A stretch of 64,000 bases of DNA. Source: Candidatus Aenigmatarchaeota archaeon. GTDB taxonomy: Archaea > Aenigmatarchaeota > Aenigmatarchaeia > Aenigmatarchaeales > JACQIB01. The stretch lies in the NCBI GenBank assembly GCA_016198755.1, contig JACQIB010000001.1, positions 32,001-96,000 on the forward strand, given 5' to 3'. The notes beneath the pieces were generated by a model. The model saw nothing but the letters and a program-made list of their open reading frames with translations. It was not told where the DNA came from and searched no databases. Every line of letters starts with the position of its first letter. The first letter of the stretch is position 1. The translations under genes were made by a program, and so were the position numbers. Of the stretch, positions 18,170 to 28,025 are shown piece by piece.

Positions 18170-18921
18170 ATATGAAGCTGTCACAGAACTTTCTGCTTAG
18201 CAAAACTGTTGCTAAAAGCTTATGCTCTGCAGCCCAGATTTCTAAAAATGATACTGTGCTGGAGATAGGGCCCGGAAAAAGGATAATAACTGAAGAACTT
18301 TCTTTGAGAGCAGGTAAAGTAATAGCAGTTGAAGCTGACAGGGATTTGTGCAAGTTGCTGGAAGGCAAGCTATCAAACAATGTACAGCTTATTAGTGGAG
18401 ATTTTCTTAACGTCATTTTACCAAAATTTAACAAAATAGTTTCCAATTTACCCTTTAAAATATCCTCTCCGGCTCTTTTTCGCTTATTTTCCCTTGACTG
18501 GGAGAAAGCAGTTTTGATCCTGCAGAAGGAGTTTGCCCTGCGGTTGGTAGCAAAGGCTGGAGATAGGAATTATAGCAGGCTTTCTGTTGCCTCCAGCTTT
18601 TATTGCAAAGCAAAAATCCTGCAAACCCTCCCACCTACATTTTTCCGTCCAAAACCTAAAGTTTCTGCTGCAGTTGTTTTGCTTGAAAAAGCAGAACCTC
18701 CCTTTGAGGCTTCAGAAGAATTCTGGGAATTTATAAATAAAATTTTCCAGCACAGAAAAAAGATTCTCCGTGCAGCCCTTAAGTCAGCTAAATTACCAAC
18801 AGAAACTAAATTCGGGAGCAGAAGAGTGTTTACTTTAAATCTTTCTGAGCTGAAACAGGTGTTTGAGGAAATATGTTCTGTTCAAACCATAAAAAATCAG
18901 GTTTCTATAAGGAAACAATAA
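18166..18921 (+). CDS. ksgA: 16S rRNA adenine dimethyltransferase
   Basis: SQNFL, VLEIGPG, VSNLPF, QKEFA, PKPKV. Confidence 0.92.
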   Translation: MNMKLSQNFLLSKTVAKSLCSAAQISKNDTVLEIGPGKRIITEELSLRAGKVIAVEADRDLCKLLEGKLSNNVQLISGDFLNVILPKFNKIVSNLPFKISSPALFRLFSLDWEKAVLILQKEFALRLVAKAGDRNYSRLSVASSFYCKAKILQTLPPTFFRPKPKVSAAVVLLEKAEPPFEASEEFWEFINKIFQHRKKILRAALKSAKLPTETKFGSRRVFTLNLSELKQVFEEICSVQTIKNQVSIRKQ

Positions 18922-19041
18922 AGCAGGCACTTTTAAATTCCCTGAAAGAAATCCCCCGCGGCAAAGTAACTTCTTCTAAAGAACGATAAAACAGACTTGG
19001 ACAGGTACTTATACGGCTTTTGACTATAAGGAACAACAAGC

Positions 19042-19062
19042 TTTATATACTACCTTGTAGTA
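19042..19062 (+). promoter_or_regulatory. TATA box followed directly by palindrome TACTAC-N3-GTAGTA
   Basis: TTTATA-TACTAC-CTT-GTAGTA; same arrangement at 48799-48819 and 52496-52516. Confidence 0.7.
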
Positions 19063-19101
19063 ACTATTATTACCTAATAGTGATATAATAATTGTGATAA
19101 A

Positions 19102-19356
19102 ATGGCACTAAAATCGGGTTCAAAGAGAGTTGGCGTAAGTTCAATCTGTCTGGGCAATGTTATAGCAGATGAAAGCATGATTTACAGCAGGCTGGAGCCA
19201 AAAAGACCAACCGTAGAAAGAACTGGAGATAAGGTTAAGAAATGCTTTTTTTACAAGGGAACAGGGCAGTGTTTAGGAGCAAGATGCTACTGGCCCATGG
19301 TGGGCACATGTTCTACATTTAACAGATTAAAATCAAGGGGGAAGTTCGCAAAGTAA
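19102..19356 (+). CDS. Small basic Cys-rich hypothetical protein
   Basis: GTGAT RBS and TATA upstream; four clustered C-terminal Cys. Confidence 0.6.
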   Translation: MALKSGSKRVGVSSICLGNVIADESMIYSRLEPKRPTVERTGDKVKKCFFYKGTGQCLGARCYWPMVGTCSTFNRLKSRGKFAK

Positions 19357-19410
19357 AGCAGATAGCTGCTTAGAAGAAGCTTCCAAAACTTCCAAGCAGC
19401 CTGCAATTCT

Positions 19411-19641
19411 GTGATGATTATGCAATTACCAGCACCAGAAGGCAAAAGAACACTCAGGACTGGTATACGTCTTATAGGACCAGTATTAGTTAGGGGATAT
19501 TTGCTTGGTGCTCGTGGAGAAATCCAAGTTACATCTAACTGGGACAGGATAGACCAAGCGCCAGGATATTTGATTGCTGACGGACGCATTGAGTTTGGAT
19601 CACTCCCACTTTATACTGCAGGCTTCACGGAAGCTGCATAA
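19411..19641 (+). CDS. Hypothetical protein, 76 aa
   Basis: ORF fills the gap, co-oriented with neighbours. Confidence 0.5.
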   Translation: MMIMQLPAPEGKRTLRTGIRLIGPVLVRGYLLGARGEIQVTSNWDRIDQAPGYLIADGRIEFGSLPLYTAGFTEAA

Positions 19642-19683
19642 ATCAAATCAAGTTTAAATCCTTTACTATCCCACATATTTGTT

Positions 19684-20454
19684 ATGGTAACGGCACTTCC
19701 AATGGAAACTCTAACTGTTCAGCCTGCTGTTTCAGGACGTTTAGACATACTCAAGGGATATAACTTAGAAATGGATCCACGCCTTACAATAACAGGCAAA
19801 AATCTTTACAAGTCTAGAGAACTTGTACCAAAAGACTTTAGAATATCCACAGCAGCTGAAGAGCTTGCTTTGCAGCTTGCTGAGGAGGCAGCTGGCAAAG
19901 ACCCAAGACAAGCTACAGTATTCGATGACCTTTTTGCAAGGAATGAAGGCCAAGTGTATGTATTTCAATGGACAGAAACAGGCCTGCGTGTGCCCAAGGG
20001 AACGCAACCAGAGTATTTCCAGACAGATTCGAATGGCAGCAAGTATTATCCAAGAATTGTTCTTATTGGAGATAAGGAAGTGGGAGAGGTTCTTGTTCCA
20101 GAAGGAGACGGAAGAGTTGTTACAAAATGGGATAAGGTGTTTGGACTGCCAGCAGAAACAGAGAGTATAAAGTTCCCTCACACACCTTACACTACACACT
20201 TTAGGTTTAATTCAAATCCACAAAAAGACCCTGTATCAGGACAACAGGATGTTGCCGTCGGTCGCAGGAGCAACTGGCCTCACTTTGAGAACGAGAGGTG
20301 CCTGAACGTGGATTCGGACTACGAACGCTGGGGTGCGGGTTCGGATGGTGGCTTCCGTCTAGTTCGGGGTTCAGTCCAGGTGATTGAGAGGCGCAGAATT
20401 AGCCTCGAGGCAGATGCTGTACAGAAAGCATTAGCTTCTGTAGGGTCAGGATAA
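19684..20454 (+). CDS. Hypothetical protein, 256 aa
   Basis: Long ORF with TTTAAA promoter; no confident family. Confidence 0.65.
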   Translation: MVTALPMETLTVQPAVSGRLDILKGYNLEMDPRLTITGKNLYKSRELVPKDFRISTAAEELALQLAEEAAGKDPRQATVFDDLFARNEGQVYVFQWTETGLRVPKGTQPEYFQTDSNGSKYYPRIVLIGDKEVGEVLVPEGDGRVVTKWDKVFGLPAETESIKFPHTPYTTHFRFNSNPQKDPVSGQQDVAVGRRSNWPHFENERCLNVDSDYERWGAGSDGGFRLVRGSVQVIERRRISLEADAVQKALASVGSG

Positions 20455-21552
20455 AGAGCGAAGATATATTTTCAGTTCTTTCAATCCCGCAGTTGTCTTT
20501 ATTCCTGTGGGGGAAAAGTGGGTTCTTTCTGCTGCAAAACCTTTCTTCCTTAAGGCTTCAATTATTGTTTCTATGGGTTTCAGTTCCTTCCCCTTGAAAA
20601 TAAAAGAGAGTTCATAATAGAATTGTGGAATTTCAGATTCCTTAATAAGTTTCTCAAGCAGAGCTGTTTCAAACCTTTTATTTTTATATGTGTTTTCGCG
20701 CAAAAAACTTAAAACTGAGGAACAGAAATCTCTATCCTGTATTTTTCCCGTGAAAAGAGGCCCAAATATAACAGTGTTATATTTACAGTTTCCACAAACG
20801 GATTGTTTTGTTGTAGATCGCCACCCGCATTTTTTACAGTAGCTCACAAACTTTATTTCCTTTAGCAGACCCTCTATTTTTCCTGAGTTCTCAATTTTCC
20901 CGAAAACCCTGTAATAGTGTGATTGTGCAAAGCTGAGCAGAGGAACAAATGCTTTGTCATACTTTGCACAAGCCAAAATTATTGCTGTTGCCAATGCTCT
21001 CACTCCAACTTCAGTATAAAAATCTGTTTTTTCCAGCTGCAGCCCATATTTTCTCAGTCCTGCGGGGGGATAAACCCCGTTCAGCGCTCCCGTATCAGTA
21101 GCAGTAACAGCCAACATCCCTTTATGGTAAATGCTGCGCGCAGCAGAGTCCAAAAATTGCATAGGAGATCCAAATGGGTCCAGATCTATAACATTAAACA
21201 CTTTCTTTCTCATCAGCAGATTGGCATCACCTTTGCTGGCTTTGCAGAATTTTCCAAGTCTGTTAAGTGCAATATTCTTTTTTATCAACCCAACAGCCTT
21301 CGGATTATCATCATTCAAAACAGATTTTACACCAATTTCCTTCCCATATCTCAATCCCCTAATACCAGTCCCAGATAAACCATCCAGAACAGTAATTTTC
21401 CCGTTAAAGCCGGAGCTAAAAACAGAAAGTGATGCAACAGAAATATCCCTGTTTATCTCAGCCTCAGGATTATAGAAAACAGCAGAATCCCATGGCCTGC
21501 CTTTAGGTACAATAAGTTTAATGTCCCCTTCACTCACATTTTTAACTTCCAT
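20446..21552 (-). CDS. trm1: tRNA (guanine-26 N2)-dimethyltransferase
   Basis: VFYNP, LSGTGIRGLR, IDLDPFGSP, VTATD, zinc ribbon, RTHFSPTGIKT. Confidence 0.95.
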   Translation of the reverse strand: MEVKNVSEGDIKLIVPKGRPWDSAVFYNPEAEINRDISVASLSVFSSGFNGKITVLDGLSGTGIRGLRYGKEIGVKSVLNDDNPKAVGLIKKNIALNRLGKFCKASKGDANLLMRKKVFNVIDLDPFGSPMQFLDSAARSIYHKGMLAVTATDTGALNGVYPPAGLRKYGLQLEKTDFYTEVGVRALATAIILACAKYDKAFVPLLSFAQSHYYRVFGKIENSGKIEGLLKEIKFVSYCKKCGWRSTTKQSVCGNCKYNTVIFGPLFTGKIQDRDFCSSVLSFLRENTYKNKRFETALLEKLIKESEIPQFYYELSFIFKGKELKPIETIIEALRKKGFAAERTHFSPTGIKTTAGLKELKIYLRSLS

Positions 21553-21603
21553 ATAAACTCTGCTAGAACAGATGTTTATATACTTTGTTTTTCAATCTCG
21601 GGG

Positions 21604-22641
21604 ATGGAGGAAATACAAAAAATACTGGCTGAAATAAAGCCATACATAGACAAGGAAGTTATATCACTTTTGGAAAAAACACAGCCGGAAATCCTGAAGA
21701 AAGCTGCATTTGAGTATTTTGCGCGCGGAGGGAAAAGATTTAGGCCAGCTTTAACGGCTTTATCATGCGAAGCTCTTGGAGGTATATGGCAGGATACAAT
21801 ACCAGCCGGAGCAGCAATAGAGATAATGCATGCTTTCGCCCTTATACATGACGATATAGAAGACTATTCAGAAATCCGCAGGGGAAAGCCAGCACTCCAT
21901 ATACAATATGGCCTTCCGCACGCGATAAACGCTGGAGATTATTTGCATATGAAAATTTTCGAGGCTCTTTTGCGCGGGCAAAAAGCATGGGGGAATGAAA
22001 AATTATTTTCAGTTCTGGAGCAGTTTGTAGAGCTTTTAATAATAACAGCGCAGGGGCAGGCAATGGAAATTGAAATGAGAGACAAGCCTTTAGAGGAGGC
22101 AACAATGGAATGGTATGAAAAGATGGCTGTTGCAAAAACAGGCTATTATTCCGGCGGGGGACCCTGTGCGATAGGTGCAACAATTGCTGGTGGAACAAGA
22201 GAGCAAATAGCAGCGCTGAAAAAGTTTGGGATTGCAATTGGAGTTGCTTTCCAGATACAGGATGATGTTCTTAACTTGACAATGAGCGAATCCGAAGAAA
22301 AATTGACTCCAGAAACAGGCGGGGGAGGTGTTGGAAAGGATTTTGCAGGTGATTTGGAGGAGGGAAAGAGGACTTTGATTTTGATTCACTGCTTACAAAA
22401 ATGTTCTGGGCATGAAAAGGAAAAATTCAGGGTTTTAATTGGCAAAAAAGGCCTGAAAACAGAACAAAAGAAAGAGTTAATTGCAATAATACAAAGCACA
22501 AAATCCATAGAGTTTGCAAAAGAATATGCAAGGGAAATGTTGCAGAATGCTTTACTCCAGCTTAAGGAAAAAATCCCTGAAACAGAAGGAAGAAAGAAAC
22601 TGGAAGCAACAGCGCAGTTTCTTATAGAGAGAAAATATTAG
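21604..22641 (+). CDS. Trans-prenyltransferase (GGPP synthase-like)
   Basis: GGKRFRP, FALIHDDIED, RRG, FQIQDD, DLEEGK. Confidence 0.92.
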   Translation: MEEIQKILAEIKPYIDKEVISLLEKTQPEILKKAAFEYFARGGKRFRPALTALSCEALGGIWQDTIPAGAAIEIMHAFALIHDDIEDYSEIRRGKPALHIQYGLPHAINAGDYLHMKIFEALLRGQKAWGNEKLFSVLEQFVELLIITAQGQAMEIEMRDKPLEEATMEWYEKMAVAKTGYYSGGGPCAIGATIAGGTREQIAALKKFGIAIGVAFQIQDDVLNLTMSESEEKLTPETGGGGVGKDFAGDLEEGKRTLILIHCLQKCSGHEKEKFRVLIGKKGLKTEQKKELIAIIQSTKSIEFAKEYAREMLQNALLQLKEKIPETEGRKKLEATAQFLIERKY

Positions 22642-22719
22642 CCAATTGTCGTAGTCGTCAATAAATCAAATCAACAGAAAAGCTTTTTATTCTTAGTTTA
22701 CCCCTTTAATTGAGATTTT

Positions 22720-24132
22720 ATGCCCAGCAAACCAGTTGGAATAGAAGCAATGTATGTTTACACTCCTCAATTTTGTGTAACTTCTGAAACATTAGCAAAC
22801 GCAAGGGGCGCAAAATTAACACATTTTACAGAAGGAATAGGTATAGGTTCCTTTTCATTCCCCCCACCAAATGAAGATCATGTAAGTATGGCAGCAACAG
22901 CAGCATTAAGGCTGATGAAAGAACAAGATATAGATCCAAGGGATATAGCAAGGATTGATTTGGCAACAGAAAGCAGCAGGGAGGGTTCAAGGGGAGCTCC
23001 TTCTGATGTTGTAGGAGCATTGGAACAGGCTTTTGGTACAAACAGCTTTCGCCACGTAGCTGGTGTAGAATATAAGTTTGCTTGCATTGGTGGCGTAGAA
23101 GCTCTTAGAAATTCATGTGCACTAGCTGCACCAGACTGGCTTCCAGAAGGGAGACATAATATTGTTATAGCAACAGATTTTGCAAGATATCATTTAAGGA
23201 GCGGTGAGGAGCCAACACAGGGAGCTGCAGCAGCAGCATTATTGATAGGCAGGAAACCAAGGCTTTTGGAGATTGTACCCCGTGCTTATGGTTCAGCAAT
23301 GAGATATGAACCCGGAGACTTCAGCAAGCCAGGCGGAAGATCCATAGCGAATGTAAATGGAGGGCTATCTGTAGGTTCCTATTTAAGTGAAATGAGAACA
23401 GCTTGGTCAGGTTTTATAGCTGCTGTTAAAGAAACAGGATTTATAGTACCTTCTTCAGGGATGTGCGTAAGCGACAGTATAGACAAAGGAATTTGGCATA
23501 ATCCTCACCTGAAACAAGTGCAATCTGCTCATGCTTCCCTACTAATGCATGAATGGATCGGCTTGCCTTCAAAGCAGGATATTTTCAGAAACTTAGGCAC
23601 CCCTCCAGAAAGAGGCGAAACTCCGGATCATGTATTTTATGCTAGTCAGCCCTATAAGGATTATAGAAAACGTTTCATGAAAGAGCCAGTGGTTGTAAGG
23701 GATTTCGATAAGAGGATAAAACCCTCTACTGTTGCTCCTTTCGATATAGGCAATTCTTATTCTGCATCAGTTTTTGTTGGTATTGACAGCCTTTTTGAAA
23801 CAGACCCAGAAGACTTGGCAGGCAAAACAGTTGTTTTGGCTGGTTATGGTAGCGGAAGCCATGCTCTGATACAGGCAACCAGAGTTCCAGAAGATTATAT
23901 GCCTGTAGCAAAAAGGCTTGATTTAATGAATAGGCTGAAAAGAAGAGAACACCTCAGCATAGGCGCATATGAAACATGGCATGATTTTCATGATGGCGTA
24001 CAAAGTGGTCTTGTGAAGCCAAGTGATATTAGCTTGCCAAGATCTTTCGCTAGTCCAACGTTCGTTCTCTCTTCAGTTGGTGCCATCAAAAGTCCGACAG
24101 AAGGACAGAGAACCTATGCTTTGGTAGCATAA
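22720..24132 (+). CDS. mvaS: HMG-CoA synthase (bacterial/haloarchaeal-like type)
   Basis: ATES, FACIGG, EPTQGAAA, HNP, GNSYSAS, GYGSGS. Confidence 0.88.
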   Translation: MPSKPVGIEAMYVYTPQFCVTSETLANARGAKLTHFTEGIGIGSFSFPPPNEDHVSMAATAALRLMKEQDIDPRDIARIDLATESSREGSRGAPSDVVGALEQAFGTNSFRHVAGVEYKFACIGGVEALRNSCALAAPDWLPEGRHNIVIATDFARYHLRSGEEPTQGAAAAALLIGRKPRLLEIVPRAYGSAMRYEPGDFSKPGGRSIANVNGGLSVGSYLSEMRTAWSGFIAAVKETGFIVPSSGMCVSDSIDKGIWHNPHLKQVQSAHASLLMHEWIGLPSKQDIFRNLGTPPERGETPDHVFYASQPYKDYRKRFMKEPVVVRDFDKRIKPSTVAPFDIGNSYSASVFVGIDSLFETDPEDLAGKTVVLAGYGSGSHALIQATRVPEDYMPVAKRLDLMNRLKRREHLSIGAYETWHDFHDGVQSGLVKPSDISLPRSFASPTFVLSSVGAIKSPTEGQRTYALVA

Positions 24133-24170
24133 TTTAGAAAGCATTTAAACAGCTGTGATAAATTAGATTC

Positions 24171-24584
24171 ATGTTCAATCCATTCAGGCAGAGGATAATG
24201 GTTACTGCGGTTTTGAAAAATGGAAAAAAATTCCTTTTGCTGCACAGGAAGAAGCTGGGAATACAGGGAGGCAAGTGGCAGTTGCCTGAAGGAGGTCTGC
24301 ATTTTGCTGAAACCCCTGAGCAGGCTTTGATAAGAGAGATGAGAGAAGAAACAGGCCTTTCCCTGCGGGAAGCAAGGCTTTTAGGAGTTCATACTTCCAC
24401 AATGAGTGAGCTTGGAAAACCTCTATACCATGTAATAAGGCTGTTTTACTCCTGCAAAGCCGCAGGAAAAATAAGGCTAAGCAGGGACCACCCAGAGTTT
24501 ATCTGGGTTACGAGAGAGGGTATAAGAAAGCTTAAATTGTTTGAAGGACTAAGGTGGGGGGAAATAAAAAAGTTTTTGCGTTGA
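24171..24584 (+). CDS. Nudix hydrolase
   Basis: GGLHFAETPEQALIREMREETGL. Confidence 0.9.
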   Translation: MFNPFRQRIMVTAVLKNGKKFLLLHRKKLGIQGGKWQLPEGGLHFAETPEQALIREMREETGLSLREARLLGVHTSTMSELGKPLYHVIRLFYSCKAAGKIRLSRDHPEFIWVTREGIRKLKLFEGLRWGEIKKFLR

Positions 24585-24589
24585 TTAAA

Positions 24590-25612
24590 ATGGTGTATAT
24601 TGGAACAGCAGAGGCAAGCCCTAACATGCCTTTTGTAAAATACTGGGGAAAAAGAAATGAAGCTCTAATTTTGCCAATGAACTCAAATATTTCAGCAACC
24701 TTCGACTCCAGTCTGGCAACACGCACAACTGTTTTCTTTTCTGAATCCTTGAAAGCCGATGAACTCTGGATAAACGGAAAGCAGTTTCCTCCTGAAAGTT
24801 TGGATAAAGCAATTCCCCAGCTAAACATAATCAGGGAGTTAGCTGGTATACAGATGTTTGCTAAAATATATTCTATAAGCAAAGTTCCTGTTGCAGCTGG
24901 TCTTTCAAGTTCTTCAGCAGGATTATGTGCTTTGGCTCTGGCGTCTGCTTCAGCGCTCGGGCTTAAACTGCCGGCAGAAGAGCTTTCAATTATCTGCAGG
25001 CGCGGCTCAGGCAGTTCCTGCCGCTCAATCTATGGGGGATTTGTAGAATGGGTAAGAGGGGACAAAACAGATGGTTCAGATTCTTATGGTGTACAGATAG
25101 CAGATGATAAACACTGGCCAGAACTCAGAATGCTTGCAGTTTCCATTGAGGAAACAGAAAAAAAGGTTAAAAGCAGGGCAGGAATGAAACAGACTGTTTT
25201 AACTTCCACACTGTATCAAAAACGATTACAGGATATTGGGAATACACTGGATTCTGTAAGGAATGCTATAAGGAACAAGAACTTCCAATCTTTAGCAGAA
25301 TTAACAATGAAAGAAAGCAATAACATGCACGCAGTTTGTATGGATACATGGCCTCCAATACTTTACCTGAATGACAATTCAAGGACTGTTATACAATCTA
25401 TACATGATTTCAACGAGGGCGGGCTGCGCGCAGCCTATACTTTTGATGCTGGCCCAAACCCCTATATTATAACAGAGGAAAAGAACCTAAAGTCTGTTCT
25501 GGAGCTCTTGAAAAAAATGAGTTTCATAAAACATATTTTTATCTCAAAGATAGGCGGAAACCCAAGAGTTCTGGAAGAACATTTGCTGAACGAAAAAGGG
25601 AAACCCGTATGA
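24590..25612 (+). CDS. mvaD: Diphosphomevalonate decarboxylase (start at MVYIG inferred)
   Basis: VKYWGKR, AAGLSSSSAG, RGSGSSCRS, SRAGM, SNNMHA, YTFDAGPN. Confidence 0.92.
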   Translation: MVYIGTAEASPNMPFVKYWGKRNEALILPMNSNISATFDSSLATRTTVFFSESLKADELWINGKQFPPESLDKAIPQLNIIRELAGIQMFAKIYSISKVPVAAGLSSSSAGLCALALASASALGLKLPAEELSIICRRGSGSSCRSIYGGFVEWVRGDKTDGSDSYGVQIADDKHWPELRMLAVSIEETEKKVKSRAGMKQTVLTSTLYQKRLQDIGNTLDSVRNAIRNKNFQSLAELTMKESNNMHAVCMDTWPPILYLNDNSRTVIQSIHDFNEGGLRAAYTFDAGPNPYIITEEKNLKSVLELLKKMSFIKHIFISKIGGNPRVLEEHLLNEKGKPV

Positions 25613-26061
25613 GCCTTGATAAATCAGTTCATTTGAGCGCGGGAGCTTTAGTTTTCTCAGGGAATAAAGTACTTGCAATAAAAAGGCTGAAAGAACCTTT
25701 CAAGGGAAACTGGTCTGTTGTTGGTGGGCATGTAGAAGAGAAAGAACTTCCTAATGAAGCTGCTGTCAGGGAAGTAAAAGAAGAAACAGGGCTTGATATA
25801 GAGCTTATAGACCCGTACATAGAGATTCCTGTAGAATTCTCAGAAGGCTTAAAGCGCCTGCCCCAGCCAATTCTTGTTTCTCTTCTCCCTGTAAAAGACC
25901 ATTACCACATCTCATTCACTTATGCTGCAAAAGCAAAAAGCACAGAGATAAAAATAAACAACATTGAAGGTCTTGTACAGTGGATAGATACGAACAATAA
26001 AGAAATTTCACCTCACCTGCGTTTAGCAATAGACACATACAAAAGAGTTTTGGGAGCATGA
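25609..26061 (+). CDS. Nudix hydrolase
   Basis: GGHVEEKELPNEAAVREVKEETGL. Confidence 0.9.
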   Translation: MSLDKSVHLSAGALVFSGNKVLAIKRLKEPFKGNWSVVGGHVEEKELPNEAAVREVKEETGLDIELIDPYIEIPVEFSEGLKRLPQPILVSLLPVKDHYHISFTYAAKAKSTEIKINNIEGLVQWIDTNNKEISPHLRLAIDTYKRVLGA

Positions 26062-26113
26062 AAATAAAAAATAAAGGTTTTTATTTGCTTGGAAAAACCA
26101 TGGAGGTTTTCCC

Positions 26114-26857
26114 ATGAAAGCAATAATTTTTGACCTTGAGGGGGTTTTATGCGATACGAGAGAGTGGATGAACCATTCTGTGCGCTCTGCTTTTTTTGAG
26201 CATGGTATAGAGCTCGAATTCTCTGATAAGGAGCTTTACAATATACGCGGCTGCGCAGGCTGCTTGAATTCCCCAGAATGGATACAGGTTCTTTTAGCAT
26301 TCAATGGAAAAAATTATATTAACAAAATATACGAACTGGACAAACCAGAGGAGTTTATAGTCTCTGTACTTGAAAAGGAAAAACCAGACAAGCTTTTAGC
26401 AGGTGAGATAAACAAAACCTACAGGGAAATTTACTATTCCCAGAAAAACCAGTTCCGCACTCCCCTCTCAGGAATTAAAGAAGTTCTTGAAAAGCTCAGG
26501 CCAAATTTTTCTTTTGGTATTTTCTCAAACACAAAGCACGATTCTATTCTAAAATTGTTGGATAACGCAGGCATAAGAGGATATTTTTCTATTGTTGTTG
26601 GGCAGGAGGATGTTTCAAAACAAAAACCAGATCCTGAAGGTTTGTTAAAGGCAATTGCAGAATTAAAATCCACACCGCAGGAAACTATCTATATTGGCGA
26701 TACAGCTTCAGATGTGCAGGCAGCGCGTGCAGCAGGCTGTGTTCCAATTGGTCTGCTGACTGGAATGGGAATTGAGCGCTGGCTGCGCGCAGCAGGTGCT
26801 GTCCATATTTTCCCAACATTGAAAGAATTTATCCAAAGTACGGCAATCGTACAATGA
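26114..26857 (+). CDS. HAD-superfamily hydrolase
   Basis: FDLEGVL, FSN, KPDPE, IGDTASD. Confidence 0.88.
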   Translation: MKAIIFDLEGVLCDTREWMNHSVRSAFFEHGIELEFSDKELYNIRGCAGCLNSPEWIQVLLAFNGKNYINKIYELDKPEEFIVSVLEKEKPDKLLAGEINKTYREIYYSQKNQFRTPLSGIKEVLEKLRPNFSFGIFSNTKHDSILKLLDNAGIRGYFSIVVGQEDVSKQKPDPEGLLKAIAELKSTPQETIYIGDTASDVQAARAAGCVPIGLLTGMGIERWLRAAGAVHIFPTLKEFIQSTAIVQ

Positions 26858-26963
26858 ACGTCAATCTACTCTTCCGGAAGCATAGCCTTTATATACCTTT
26901 TCCCCGAGTTCTGTTTTTTAACTCCTATAAATCCTTTTCAACAATAGGAGTAAAGGGGATTAT

Positions 26964-28025
26964 TTGAGGCTATTGGAAACAGATGCAAAAGAACTCTTAT
27001 CAAAAGCTGGAATTTCTGTCCCAACAGGGAAAAGAGTGAGTACAGCAGCTGAGGCTGAAGCAGTAGCCAGAGAGATAGGAGAAGTTGTATTAAAGGTTCT
27101 GGGGAAGAAGGGAAGGGGAAAGGCAGGAATGATAAAGTTTGCAAACTCTCCTGCAGAAGCATTTGAGGCAGCAAAGGAGCTTTTAGAAAAATCAGATGAG
27201 GGTCTTATAATTGAGAAAAAGCTGGATATTCTGGAGGAGCTCTATGTTGCCTTTGCAGTTGATTTTTCAATAAGCAAGCCTGTTTTGATTGTTAGCAAGA
27301 AGGGAGGTGTGGAAATAGAAAACCAGGCGGATGTTAAAAAAATACCTATAAACATTCTGCGCGGGCTTACAGCAGAGCAGGCAGGCGAGGCTGTTGCCTA
27401 TCTAGGACACGCAGAGCTTTCACCCTTCCTCCAATTACTGTACAAGCAATTTAGGAAAATAGATTCGGAGCTTTTGGAAATAAATCCTTTAGCTATTACA
27501 GCCAATGGAGCTTATGTTGCTGATGCTCTAATTGAAATAAATGATGACAGCCTTTCCCGCCAACCTTTCAGGCAAGAAACGCCAACTGGAGGCATTGAAG
27601 CGGAGATGGCAGGTGCTGGCTGGTCCTACCATGATTTGGGGGGAAGTGTGGGATTAATCTGCTCTGGTGCAGGCTTGTCAATGGCTACACTTGATTTAAT
27701 CCAGATTTTCGGTGGAAAGCCGGCTAATTTTTTGGACATGGCACAAGTGGATGGAGACGGGATATATAGAGGATTGGAAATACTCTCGAAAAAACAAGGA
27801 GTCCGCTCAATTATTATCAGCCTTTTTGCAGGGTTGAACAGGTGCGACAGCATGGCAGAGGGTATTACAAGGTTTGTAAGGGAGAAGGGGCAGAAAGTGC
27901 CAATAATTGTAAGGATGGTTGGGAACAGAGAGGAGGAGGGTTTTGCAATACTGCGTTCTATTGGCTTAGAGCCCTATAAGGAACTGGAAGCAGCCGTAAA
28001 AAAGGCAGTTGAGGTGGCTGTGTAA
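26964..28025 (+). CDS. Succinyl-CoA-synthetase-like acyl-CoA ligase, beta subunit (ATP-grasp), divergent
   Basis: GRGKAG, LEINPL, GAGL.MATLD, PANFLD, RCD; acid-binding motifs differ from SucC. Confidence 0.85.
   Translation: MRLLETDAKELLSKAGISVPTGKRVSTAAEAEAVAREIGEVVLKVLGKKGRGKAGMIKFANSPAEAFEAAKELLEKSDEGLIIEKKLDILEELYVAFAVDFSISKPVLIVSKKGGVEIENQADVKKIPINILRGLTAEQAGEAVAYLGHAELSPFLQLLYKQFRKIDSELLEINPLAITANGAYVADALIEINDDSLSRQPFRQETPTGGIEAEMAGAGWSYHDLGGSVGLICSGAGLSMATLDLIQIFGGKPANFLDMAQVDGDGIYRGLEILSKKQGVRSIIISLFAGLNRCDSMAEGITRFVREKGQKVPIIVRMVGNREEEGFAILRSIGLEPYKELEAAVKKAVEVAV

Noticed and set aside
18922-19040. Possible ncRNA in the gap after ksgA
   Set aside because: No convincing stem or known consensus could be drawn
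24171-26061. Nudix genes as type 1 IPP isomerase
   Set aside because: Both have a full hydrolase Nudix box and lack the IDI-1 Cys/His pattern; IDI-2 is present in the cluster
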